Shown piece after piece: positions 36,829 through 44,641 of a DNA stretch of 64,000 bases. This stretch comes from an uncultured Eubacteriales bacterium. Lineage in GTDB: Bacteria; Bacillota; Clostridia; Oscillospirales; CAG-272. The notes under the pieces are model-generated. The model was not told the DNA's origin and did not search any database. It saw nothing but the letters and a program-made list of their open reading frames with translations. How positions within the stretch are numbered: the stretch's first letter is position 1; every line of letters starts with the position of its first letter. Both the position numbers and the translations under genes were made by a program. The stretch lies in assembly GCA_934371135.1 (NCBI GenBank), contig CAKRNO010000005.1:607-64606 (forward strand), given 5' to 3'.

Positions 36829-36925
36829 ACACCAAAAAAATGACCTCCCGTCGGGGAGGTCACATTTCTTTTTCTCATCCACCCTGCCCACCTTTTCCGC
36901 TTGCGGGCGAAAGGTGAGCGAGCGA
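36829..36925. repeat. Module B: terminator hairpin plus 13-nt copy of the tRNA-Leu(CAG) 3' end
   Basis: CACCAAAAAAATGACCTCCCGTCGGGGAGGTCACATTTCTTTTT...CTTGCGGGCGAAAGGTGAGCGAG. The hairpin also serves as terminator of the XRE-TPR gene. Confidence 0.7.
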
Positions 36926-37039
36926 GCACCGCGACCCTCGTTTTCGAGCCGTCGGGAACCGTCGGAATTTCTCCGAAATTCCGGGTGAAGGTTCCCGCCG
37001 CACCAAAAAAGAGGCTCCCGCTTTGGGGAGCCTCTTTTT

Positions 37040-37126
37040 TGGTGCGGGCGAAAGGACTTGAACCTTCACAACCTTGCGATCATAAGAACCTGAATCTTAC
37101 GCGTCTGCCAATTCCGCCACGCCCGC
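37040..37126 (-). tRNA. tRNA-Leu (anticodon CAG), CCA encoded
   Basis: Reverse complement reads GCGGGCGTGGCGGAATTGGCAGACGCGTAAGATTCAGGTTCTTATGATCGCAAGGTTGTGAAGGTTCAAGTCCTTTCGCCCGCACCA. Anticodon loop TTCAGGT. A terminator hairpin follows directly at 36999-37044. Confidence 0.9.
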
Positions 37127-37157
37127 GTCGGATATGGGTCTCATCGGAGACTTGTTA

Positions 37158-37187
37158 ATCATAGCACAGGACGCCCGGATTTGTCAA
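37158..37187 (-). promoter_or_regulatory. Promoter of tRNA-Leu(CAG)
   Basis: On the minus strand: TTGACA, 18 nt, TATGAT. Confidence 0.5.
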
Positions 37188-37302
37188 GGCATCGGAAAAA
37201 TATTTTTTATGTTCCGAAAAAAATTTTGATTTTTTTTGACATTTCTGTTAAAATATATATAGGGGTGGAATAAAAGCCCGATTTAACGGAAGGAGAAACG
37301 CT

Positions 37303-37803
37303 ATGTTCCGAGCTGGAGAATGTGTGATTTACGGATCGAGCGGCGCGTGCCGCATTGCGGATATCCGGCGAGAGTCCTTCGCGGGGGAGCCTCGCGAATA
37401 CTATGTGCTGGTCCCGCTCTCGGGCGGCTCCTCCGTATTCGTCCCGACGGACAACGAGCAGCTGGTCGCGCGGATGCGCGCCCCCATGACGCCGGAGGAG
37501 GCAAAGCGGATGCTCGCCGAGATTCCGCGGGAGGAAGTGGCATGGATTGAGGACAACCGCCAGCGCAGCGCCCGTTTTCAGGAGATCCTCTCGGCGGGCA
37601 GCGCCTCCGATCTCATGCGCCTGACCAAAGCCGTATGGCGCAGACGCGGCGAATTGCGCGCCCGCGGAAAGAAAAACCTCATGGCGGACGAAAATGCCTT
37701 CAAGAAAGCAGAACGGATCCTGTTCGATGAGCTCTCTCTGGTTTTGGGCATCGCCCAGAACGAGATCGTCCCCTATATTGAAGCAAGTCTGGCAGAGGCG
37801 TGA
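37303..37803 (+). CDS. CarD/CdnL-family transcriptional regulator
   Basis: MFRAGECVIYGSSGACRIADI...EYYVLVP...VFVPTDN (CarD_CdnL_TRCF N-domain pattern). Confidence 0.8.
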   Translation: MFRAGECVIYGSSGACRIADIRRESFAGEPREYYVLVPLSGGSSVFVPTDNEQLVARMRAPMTPEEAKRMLAEIPREEVAWIEDNRQRSARFQEILSAGSASDLMRLTKAVWRRRGELRARGKKNLMADENAFKKAERILFDELSLVLGIAQNEIVPYIEASLAEA

Positions 37804-37886
37804 GCCAAAGCCACCGGCACCGCCCCCGGGCGGTGCCTTTTTCTTTCACGTCCCCGCCCACACGATATACAGAGCACGCGGCACTC

Positions 37887-38423
37887 TTACAGCGCGGTCT
37901 GTAAAAGAAAGGCGCGCCCGAGCAGCTCCGGCGGCTCCTCTGCCGCCGTGACGACCATCGGCGGGAACGCGGGATTGGACGCCCAGAGGATCATGTTTCC
38001 TCCGCTCCCGTCCACCGTCACCCGGCGGAGCATGGTGACACCTCCGATGCGGACGGCGTAAATGCCCTCCCCCTCAAACGCCGTGCACCTGCGCACAAAC
38101 ACGGTATCCCTCTCGAGGATCCGATCCCCCGACATGGCGTCATCCATGGCGGTCACGGAAAAATCCGCCCCCTCGTAGACGAGCGCCACACGCGCCTCGC
38201 CGAGCGTCTCCTCGGGGGCATCCTCGGTCCAGCCCAGCAGGTCGGCGGGCGGGCAATCCAGCGCCGCCGCGAGTGCCTCCACCTTATCGTACGGCGGCGT
38301 TTGTATGATCCCGCTCTCATATCGGTAGATCGTCTGCCGCGTAGTGCCGACCGCGGCGGCGAGCGCCTCCATGGTCAGGTGCGCCGCCCGGCGCTTTTGT
38401 CGCAAAATCTCTCCAAATGCCAT
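37887..38423 (-). CDS. CI/LexA-like repressor (XRE HTH plus S24-like C-terminal domain)
   Basis: N-terminal LRQKRRAAHLTMEALAAAVGTTRQTIYRYESG. The C-terminal S24-like fold segment reads DDAMSGDRI...MLRRV. Transcribed divergently from the small plus-strand ORFs. Confidence 0.8.
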   Translation of the reverse strand: MAFGEILRQKRRAAHLTMEALAAAVGTTRQTIYRYESGIIQTPPYDKVEALAAALDCPPADLLGWTEDAPEETLGEARVALVYEGADFSVTAMDDAMSGDRILERDTVFVRRCTAFEGEGIYAVRIGGVTMLRRVTVDGSGGNMILWASNPAFPPMVVTAAEEPPELLGRAFLLQTAL

Positions 38424-38714
38424 GCATTGTCACCTCTTGCGTTACATTTTACACCAGTATAACGCATTTACGCAGACTTTTCAACATTTTTCTTCATTTT
38501 CCGACAATTCCGTCACTTGACAGGGCTACTTTTCCCGTGCTACCATAACATTACCAAGTGCAGATGACTCCCTGTTTGCTTGGCTGCCCGAGCCCTCGCC
38601 CCGCCCCCGGCGATCGGTCCTATCGGGCGGGCGCGCTGCCAAACGGCATTTCTCCGGCGCGCCGCCGCGCCGTCCCATGACGGCGATCCAAACGCGACAA
38701 GAAAGGAACAGACC

Positions 38715-39017
38715 ATGCTACACACAGTGAAAACCGACAGGGGCGAACCGATTTCATGGAGAGACCCCACCGATATCCGTACCGAGCTCCGAACGCTCTC
38801 CGCATCCCTTTCCACGGCACGCGAGCGGTATGCTGCGCTGGAGGTCGCGCGGGACCTCCTCCGGTCGTACCGGCGCGACGAGGCGACCGCCGAGGCATTC
38901 GACGCACTCCTTGAGAGCGCGCGGGCGACGCTCGGCGAGCTCGGGGAGGGTGCGGAGCGCCTCGCAGAACTGCAAAAGGAGATGAGGGACACCCTATGTC
39001 TTATGCAAAGGATATAA
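38715..39017 (+). CDS. Hypothetical phage early protein (100 aa, coiled-coil-like)
   Basis: Internal ATG (MLHTVKTDRG) after GAAAGGAA. The upstream extension of ORF 38580 was discarded. Confidence 0.55.
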   Translation: MLHTVKTDRGEPISWRDPTDIRTELRTLSASLSTARERYAALEVARDLLRSYRRDEATAEAFDALLESARATLGELGEGAERLAELQKEMRDTLCLMQRI

Positions 39018-39301
39018 AGGGCTTCTCCATGTATCCCACCTACCGCGCATCCCTCGCCCTGCTCTCGGATGACGAGCGCGGCAAACTGCTGATGTCCCTT
39101 TTTGACTACGATGACGGGCAGGATACCTCCGGGAGCCTGCCGCCCGCGGCACAGATGGCGTTCGCGTTTATCACGGCGCGCATGGAGCAGGACAAATCGC
39201 TCTATCGCAGCCGCTGTGAAATCAACCGCGAGAACGCCGCGAAGCGCTGGCCGGTACGCCGGGAGCGCGAGCGTGCGCCGCAGGGCGAGGAGGCTGGCTA
39301 G
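38996..39301 (+). CDS. Hypothetical phage protein (GFSMYP...LSDDERGKLLMSLFDY motif)
   Basis: 101 aa. The motif resembles a conserved phage/plasmid family of unknown function. Overlaps the previous ORF by 22 nt. Confidence 0.6.
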   Translation: MSYAKDIKGFSMYPTYRASLALLSDDERGKLLMSLFDYDDGQDTSGSLPPAAQMAFAFITARMEQDKSLYRSRCEINRENAAKRWPVRRERERAPQGEEAG

Positions 39302-39306
39302 GCACA

Positions 39307-39627
39307 CTGGACCGCAGCATTGAGCACCTCGTCATCGCCTACTGCGAGGACTACGAACGCCGGGAGCGCGCCATCGGCGCGCCGGAGACGAACGACGAGA
39401 CGAGGGACCTCTACCGCCACCTCAACCGCACGATCGACGAGGCGCTGAACACCTCGCTCTCTGCCCTGGAGCCGGACGCACGCGTCGCCATGCGGCAGGA
39501 CATCGCCTGCCGCCGGGGCGCGACCTACAGCCCGCTCTACACCCTCTCCCCCGCCACCTACAAGCGCTACAAAAAGCGGGCGAAGCTCCGCATCGCGCGC
39601 GGGCTCGGGCTCCTGCCCGAGGCGTAA
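39307..39627 (+). CDS. Sigma-70 region-4-like small regulator (candidate late activator) lacking a canonical start codon
   Basis: Frame open from 39220 to the TAA at 39625-39627. Translation ...IEHLVIAYCEDYERRERAI...ALEPDARVAMRQDIACRRG...TLSPATYKRYKKRAKLRIARGL. Followed by a strong terminator. No ATG/GTG/TTG occurs before residue about 60, so the coordinate 39307 is a CTG placeholder. Confidence 0.4.
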   Translation: MDRSIEHLVIAYCEDYERRERAIGAPETNDETRDLYRHLNRTIDEALNTSLSALEPDARVAMRQDIACRRGATYSPLYTLSPATYKRYKKRAKLRIARGLGLLPEA

Positions 39628-39728
39628 CGGAGGGGTGACACCGCCCGGCAAAGCGCCCGGGACCGGGCACCCCGCGGTGCGCGGGGTGCCCACCGCCAGC
39701 CGGGGCAGAAAGCCGACAAAACCGAAAA

Positions 39729-39760
39729 CCGCCGGGGGATCTCCCCCGGCGGCGTTTCTT
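39729..39760. terminator. Bidirectional terminator between convergent phage transcription units
   Basis: CCGCCGGGGGA-TC-TCCCCCGGCGG with T-rich flanks on both strands. A second hairpin lies at 39665-39691. Confidence 0.65.
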
Positions 39761-39785
39761 TTCGTTTCCGGAAAGAAACCTTATC

Positions 39786-40646
39786 TTATGAGCCGCTCTC
39801 CTGCGGCTGTCCGGTGCCCCCGGCAAGGTACATCCCGAGGAGCGTTGCTTTGGTCTCCAGGACCGTGCTCTCCTCTGCCGTGACGGACGCCCCGCCCGCG
39901 GCATAGCCGCGCACCCCTGTCCAGATGAGGGTGAAGATGCGGAACAGCCCCGCGATGACGACGGGGAGCGTGAGCGTCTGCCCCTCAAGTGTGACGGCAA
40001 CCGTCACGAGGGAGCCGAAGACCGTCGGCACGAGTGCCCGCAGACCGCGGCGCAGACGTGCCCCGCCGGTGCAGAGGGTCAGCCCCCGGCGCTCCCCGCT
40101 GTGGGCGGTGAGCAGCATGGCGGCGTGCAGGCGGAGCGGCTTCATGCGTGCGGCGGCGCGGAGTGCCCGGCGGCGGCAGTGTGACCGCGCGCGGTATTCC
40201 TCCCGCGGCATCCGCCCCTCGCGGTACAGGAGGAAGTCCTCCTCACTCTCCCCGGCGGCGAACAGCAGGCGGCGACGCGAGCGCACCAGCTCCTCCGCCA
40301 CATAGGCGGTGCAGAATGCCTCGACCCCCTCCCCGTTCTGCTCCCGGGCGCGGTCGCGCAGGGTGTCGTAGCGCTCCGTGAGCGCGAGGAATTTCTCCCC
40401 GGAAAGCCCCTGCTGCCGCCCGGCATCGAACATGGAGGTGTACATGACGAAGCAGGCGAACACCGTCACCGCCGCCGTCATGGCGGTCTGTTCGACCGGG
40501 GCGGCGGTCAGGTGCATCTCGCAGAAGAACACCGCCGAGACGAAAAGGACGGTCAGGACACCGACCCATATCCCCGCATACCGCCGTGTTTCGGGGCGCA
40601 ATCGCAGCCCCTCCCCGAAGGAGAAGGGCTCTCCCTCACGCTTCAT
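39786..40646 (-). CDS. Phage-block membrane protein (286 aa)
   Basis: GGGGAGGA RBS. Hydrophobic helices near both termini with an Arg-rich central region. 11-nt overlap with the upstream gene. Confidence 0.65.
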   Translation of the reverse strand: MKREGEPFSFGEGLRLRPETRRYAGIWVGVLTVLFVSAVFFCEMHLTAAPVEQTAMTAAVTVFACFVMYTSMFDAGRQQGLSGEKFLALTERYDTLRDRAREQNGEGVEAFCTAYVAEELVRSRRRLLFAAGESEEDFLLYREGRMPREEYRARSHCRRRALRAAARMKPLRLHAAMLLTAHSGERRGLTLCTGGARLRRGLRALVPTVFGSLVTVAVTLEGQTLTLPVVIAGLFRIFTLIWTGVRGYAAGGASVTAEESTVLETKATLLGMYLAGGTGQPQESGS

Positions 40647-41058
40647 GGCGATCCTCCCCGGCGCCCCCCTCCGCGGTATCTGTACCCGTGCCTGTTACAG
40701 TGCCGGTGCCCGCGCCGGTGCGCTCCGACGCCCGTCGCGCGAGCCAAAAAAACACTTCTCCGGCAAGCCCGGAGAGCGAGCCGACGCACGCCACCACGCG
40801 GAGCCCGTTACAGATGCGGGCGAACAGCGTGAGCCCGACCCAGAGGACAAACCACATCTGCCAGGCAGAGGGCGATCTCATGTAGTCGCGTATCGCGCGG
40901 CGGAACGGGAGCAGGCACAGCGCAAGGAGCAGGATGGAGAGCACCGAGAAGGCGCTCCCCCGCGAGGAGAACCACAGGGGGAAGTAGCAGAGCGCCGTCA
41001 CCGCCGGCGGGATCACCGCGAGGCAGAGCCCGACGACCTTATACACCCGCGCCCGCAT
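40636..41058 (-). CDS. Phage-block membrane protein (140 aa)
   Basis: AGGAGGGG RBS. About 4 hydrophobic segments. 20-nt overlap with the upstream gene. Confidence 0.65.
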   Translation of the reverse strand: MRARVYKVVGLCLAVIPPAVTALCYFPLWFSSRGSAFSVLSILLLALCLLPFRRAIRDYMRSPSAWQMWFVLWVGLTLFARICNGLRVVACVGSLSGLAGEVFFWLARRASERTGAGTGTVTGTGTDTAEGGAGEDRHEA

Positions 41059-41860
41059 CCGTCCCCTCCTGCGGCGCTACCACCGCCAGCAGGGCGGCAT
41101 AACGCGCCCCCAGCTGCTCCTTGGCGTAATCGGGCAGGTTGGCGGCAGAGAACACGCCGTAGAGCAGATCCGCCACCCCGCGCCAGAGCGTCTCCTCCCG
41201 CGCGCGGTCGTCTGCCGCCAGGGCGAGCTCTCCCTCCAGCGCCGCTGCCCTCGTGCGGAAGTCGTTTGCGAGCGCCAGGATCCCCTCCGCCTGTTCAAGG
41301 AGCGGGGATGCCCGGTCGAGGAATGCCCCGAGCCGCGTCTTTGCCTCCTCCGAGGTCTCCATTGCCTGCCTGCCGAGGCTCTCGGTCGAGCGCGTCACAC
41401 AGTCGAGCCCGCGGCAGAGGGCGGGGAGAAACCCGCGCTTGTAGCCGCACATGAGCACGAGCGACCCCACGAGGGTCAGCGCAGAGAAGATCTCGCCGAT
41501 GTATGTCTCAAAGAACGCCGCGATGCGCCCGCCCACCGTTTCCCGCGCTGCCGCGTCCGTGCCGTCTTCACCGGGAGGTGCCGTGTTTTCCGGCACCTCC
41601 CCGCTTTTTTCCGTGTCTCCGGCACCGGTGCCCGGGGCGCTGTCCTGTCCGGCGTCCGCCGCCGAGGCGGCGCCCGCATCGGTCTCCCCCGTCGCTCCGG
41701 GGTCTGCCGCGGTGGCTGCGTCGTCGCCAACCTCCCCCGCCATGCCGGTATCCGCCCCGGAGGGCTGCTCCGCGTCGGCGCCGGCAGTCTCTGCCGAGGC
41801 GCCGAGCGTGAGACAAAGGAGCAGGAGGGCGACTGTAAGTGCAATCAAAAACCGTTTCAT
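41039..41860 (-). CDS. Phage-block secreted/membrane protein (273 aa) with acidic low-complexity region
   Basis: Signal peptide MKRFLIALTVALLLLCLTLGASA, an Asp/Gly/Ala/Thr-rich stretch, one TM helix and a helical C-terminus. Confidence 0.65.
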   Translation of the reverse strand: MKRFLIALTVALLLLCLTLGASAETAGADAEQPSGADTGMAGEVGDDAATAADPGATGETDAGAASAADAGQDSAPGTGAGDTEKSGEVPENTAPPGEDGTDAAARETVGGRIAAFFETYIGEIFSALTLVGSLVLMCGYKRGFLPALCRGLDCVTRSTESLGRQAMETSEEAKTRLGAFLDRASPLLEQAEGILALANDFRTRAAALEGELALAADDRAREETLWRGVADLLYGVFSAANLPDYAKEQLGARYAALLAVVAPQEGTDAGAGV

Positions 41861-41872
41861 AGTATTCCTTTC

Positions 41873-44629
41873 TTATTTGTTTTTCACCTTGCCCGCGATC
41901 TGCCATGAGTACGCGATGCGGTGCAGAGCCAGCGGGGCGGCATAAGCGCGGGCGTACATCCGGTACTGCTTGCCGACCCACTTGCGGCTCCGCTCGCGGA
42001 GCGCGAGGACGGAGAGCCCTCCGGCGCCGAAGCCGACGGTGCGGAAGTCCAGTGCGTCGAAGACGATGCCGTCCCCGGTCGCCACGCTGCCCCGCTCGGT
42101 CGTGAAATACCCGCCGTGACTGACGCGCACGTCGAGGGCGACCTCCCCGCCCGCGCGGATCTCGGCGATGGCGGTATTCCGCACCGTCCGCTTGGTGTAG
42201 TTCGGTACGTCGCAGAGGTCGAGCCCCGTCTCAAACCCCGCGAGGAAAGCGTGCCCGCCGTAGGAGTAATACTCGCGCGGGATGCCGCCGCCGGGGCGGC
42301 GTTTATCCGTGTTGACGACGAACAGCTGCCCGTTCTGCGTACCGAAGAACAGCTTGCCGCCGAGCGCGGCGAGCACCGTCGGCGCACTTTTCCGACCGCC
42401 CATGCGCTCCCCCGTTTTCTCCACAAGATAGAGGTGTGTCTCCCCGTCTCTCTCCTCGGCAACGTAGGAATACGTCTCGCCCCCCTCCCCGGTGACGGTG
42501 GTCACCGCGGGGTAAACCTCGGCGTAGGTCTCCTCCGTCGCCCCGAGGGGGAGCGCCCCCGGGGTCTCATGGATGGCGAGCGGCTCGCTGACTCCGCCCC
42601 GGGTCACGACCGGCAGCTCTCCCGCGGCATAACCCGCCGCGTAGCGGAAGACCGGCAGGTCGCCCGTGTAGCCGCAGATGCCCGTCAGGCGGTACCACTC
42701 ATACTCGGTGTTTTCCGCGGTGCGTACACGGCGCCGCCCGTCCGCAAGGTACGCCTCACCGTCCGGATAGAGCAGGATATAGTACCCCTCGAATACGGCG
42801 GCGAGCGGCTCCTCCCCCGCCTTTTCGGCGAGCGCCGCATCGACGAGGGTCGAGCGGTGGAGCACGACGCGGGAGGCGTTCAGGCTCTCGTACCCGATGC
42901 TCTCCACCCCGCCCCGCGAGAGGTAGACGGGGTCACTGCCGAAGTGGAGGGCGCCGCCGATGCAGGCGTCGCCGGAGAGCGTCTGACGGAGGACGTAGAT
43001 ACGCGGGAGCATATTCTCGCCGGTGTCCTTGCCCTCATACAGCAGTACGCTCCCCTCTGTGCCGTCGCCGCCCTTGAAGACGGCGAGGTGTGAGACGGTG
43101 GGCAGGAGAGCCGTGACCGGGCACTGCCCGAGCCCCGCATTGAAGTAGTTGAGCACCCCCACATAGGCGGGGTTGACGGCGCCGTTCCTGTCCCGCGCGG
43201 TGTAGAACACCGTGTTCGGCAGTGCCGGGTTCCCCGCGAAGAACACCCGCCCGTCCCAGAGACAGGCGAGGGTCGTATGCGTCACGGCGTCGGACGCCGT
43301 GCCCGTATAGCCGGGGTTCGCCCCGCTGACGTCGGGGTGCGTCGCGTCAGAGCGAAAGCCGTTGGCTTTCAGCCGCACCCGCACGGCGATCTGCTTGCCC
43401 GTCAGATCCTCTCCACTCTGGCTCCGCAGGATGACGCCCGTCACGAGCCCGCCGCGCTCCTCCGTGAAGTAGCGCCCGCTCACCGCGGTGACGGCGGTAC
43501 CGTCCACCGTGACGGACATGAGCTCCACGACCGGGTCCAGGAGCGGGAACGCGCAGAACTGCACCGGATAAGTCGTGACATAGCGCTTCGTCGCCGCGGT
43601 GAGCACATCGTTCCCGGCGGCGACTGTCACCGCCTCCCAGTAACTGTCCGATTCGCCGTGGCATACGACGCTGCCGAGCGTCGCTGCGTTGAACGCCTGC
43701 TCCCGCACGGTGCGGAGCCCCGCACCGAGGACGAGCTTCGACAGCGTGCAGCTCTTGAACGCGTAGAGCCCGATCTGGGTCAGGCTGTCCGGCAGGACGA
43801 CCTCGGTCATCTCCCCGACGCCGAAGCAGGCGTAATTGCCGAGTATCTCCACCCCCTCCGAGACATACAGGTGCGTGACGGCGCGGAATGCAAAGGCGTT
43901 CTTCCCGATCGCGGTGACGCGGAAGGCGCGACCGCCGATCCCGACCGTAGAGGGCACATATACCGTGCCCTCATACCCGTCGGCGAGCCCGCTGACCTCG
44001 CAGGTGGCGTCGGTGTCCGACGTCACCCGGTACCGCAGCTCGGGTGTGCCGTGGCTGAAAGCACCGAGGCTCCGCACCCGGTACTGTACATCCGCGTAGT
44101 CCGAGAGCAGATTGCGCTGTTCGTACGGCTCCCCGTCCGCATAGGTAACCGGAATATAGGCATTCTGCACGTCGGAGAGCGAAAACCCCTCCTCCGTGTG
44201 CCGTATCACGTAGTACCCGGTACCGTCCATGAGGTACAGACACTCCCCGAACGTGAAGGCGACGGAGGGGGCGTCGGCGAGGACGCCCGCGCTCCCCGCG
44301 ACCTCGGTCGGGGTACCGACCGTGTGCCCGTCCGTCTCGGAAAAGGGGACGGTCAGGGCGCGCCTGCCTGCGTGGATGACGAGATACGCCACCCCGCCCG
44401 CGAGCAGGCGGAAGATGCCGTGCACCGCGCCGGTGAGCGCCGCAAGGCACCGGTACCCGGGGAAGGTCTCAATAAGGCTCCCCTCACCCCCCGCGTAATC
44501 CCGCCACAGGTTTTCGAGCTTGGTGAACCGGTTCGGCGCGACGCCGGAGGGCGGATGCGCCGTGTCCAGCCCGCCGAAGTTTTCGAGCACGCGCGTGAAG
44601 ACGCTGCCCGACTGTGTTTTTCCGCTCAT
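41873..44629 (-). CDS. 918-aa putative tail-hub / receptor-binding protein with embedded BspA-type LRR segment
   Basis: Lies immediately after the putative adaptor gene. Central VYVPSTV.IGGRAF...IGKNAF...LGNYAC...IGLYAFKSC LRR_5-like repeats. The rest looks beta-rich and was not recognised. Confidence 0.7.
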   Translation of the reverse strand: MSGKTQSGSVFTRVLENFGGLDTAHPPSGVAPNRFTKLENLWRDYAGGEGSLIETFPGYRCLAALTGAVHGIFRLLAGGVAYLVIHAGRRALTVPFSETDGHTVGTPTEVAGSAGVLADAPSVAFTFGECLYLMDGTGYYVIRHTEEGFSLSDVQNAYIPVTYADGEPYEQRNLLSDYADVQYRVRSLGAFSHGTPELRYRVTSDTDATCEVSGLADGYEGTVYVPSTVGIGGRAFRVTAIGKNAFAFRAVTHLYVSEGVEILGNYACFGVGEMTEVVLPDSLTQIGLYAFKSCTLSKLVLGAGLRTVREQAFNAATLGSVVCHGESDSYWEAVTVAAGNDVLTAATKRYVTTYPVQFCAFPLLDPVVELMSVTVDGTAVTAVSGRYFTEERGGLVTGVILRSQSGEDLTGKQIAVRVRLKANGFRSDATHPDVSGANPGYTGTASDAVTHTTLACLWDGRVFFAGNPALPNTVFYTARDRNGAVNPAYVGVLNYFNAGLGQCPVTALLPTVSHLAVFKGGDGTEGSVLLYEGKDTGENMLPRIYVLRQTLSGDACIGGALHFGSDPVYLSRGGVESIGYESLNASRVVLHRSTLVDAALAEKAGEEPLAAVFEGYYILLYPDGEAYLADGRRRVRTAENTEYEWYRLTGICGYTGDLPVFRYAAGYAAGELPVVTRGGVSEPLAIHETPGALPLGATEETYAEVYPAVTTVTGEGGETYSYVAEERDGETHLYLVEKTGERMGGRKSAPTVLAALGGKLFFGTQNGQLFVVNTDKRRPGGGIPREYYSYGGHAFLAGFETGLDLCDVPNYTKRTVRNTAIAEIRAGGEVALDVRVSHGGYFTTERGSVATGDGIVFDALDFRTVGFGAGGLSVLALRERSRKWVGKQYRMYARAYAAPLALHRIAYSWQIAGKVKNK

Positions 44630-44641
44630 CGTCTCACCGCC

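Noticed and set aside
35400-36917. Conserved 24/25-codon ORFs through modules A and B as signalling-peptide genes
   Set aside because: They have no Shine-Dalgarno sequence. The ATG lies inside a terminator hairpin. The peptides are not hydrophobic or secretion-like. The in-frame conservation (a 3-nt length difference) could be chance.
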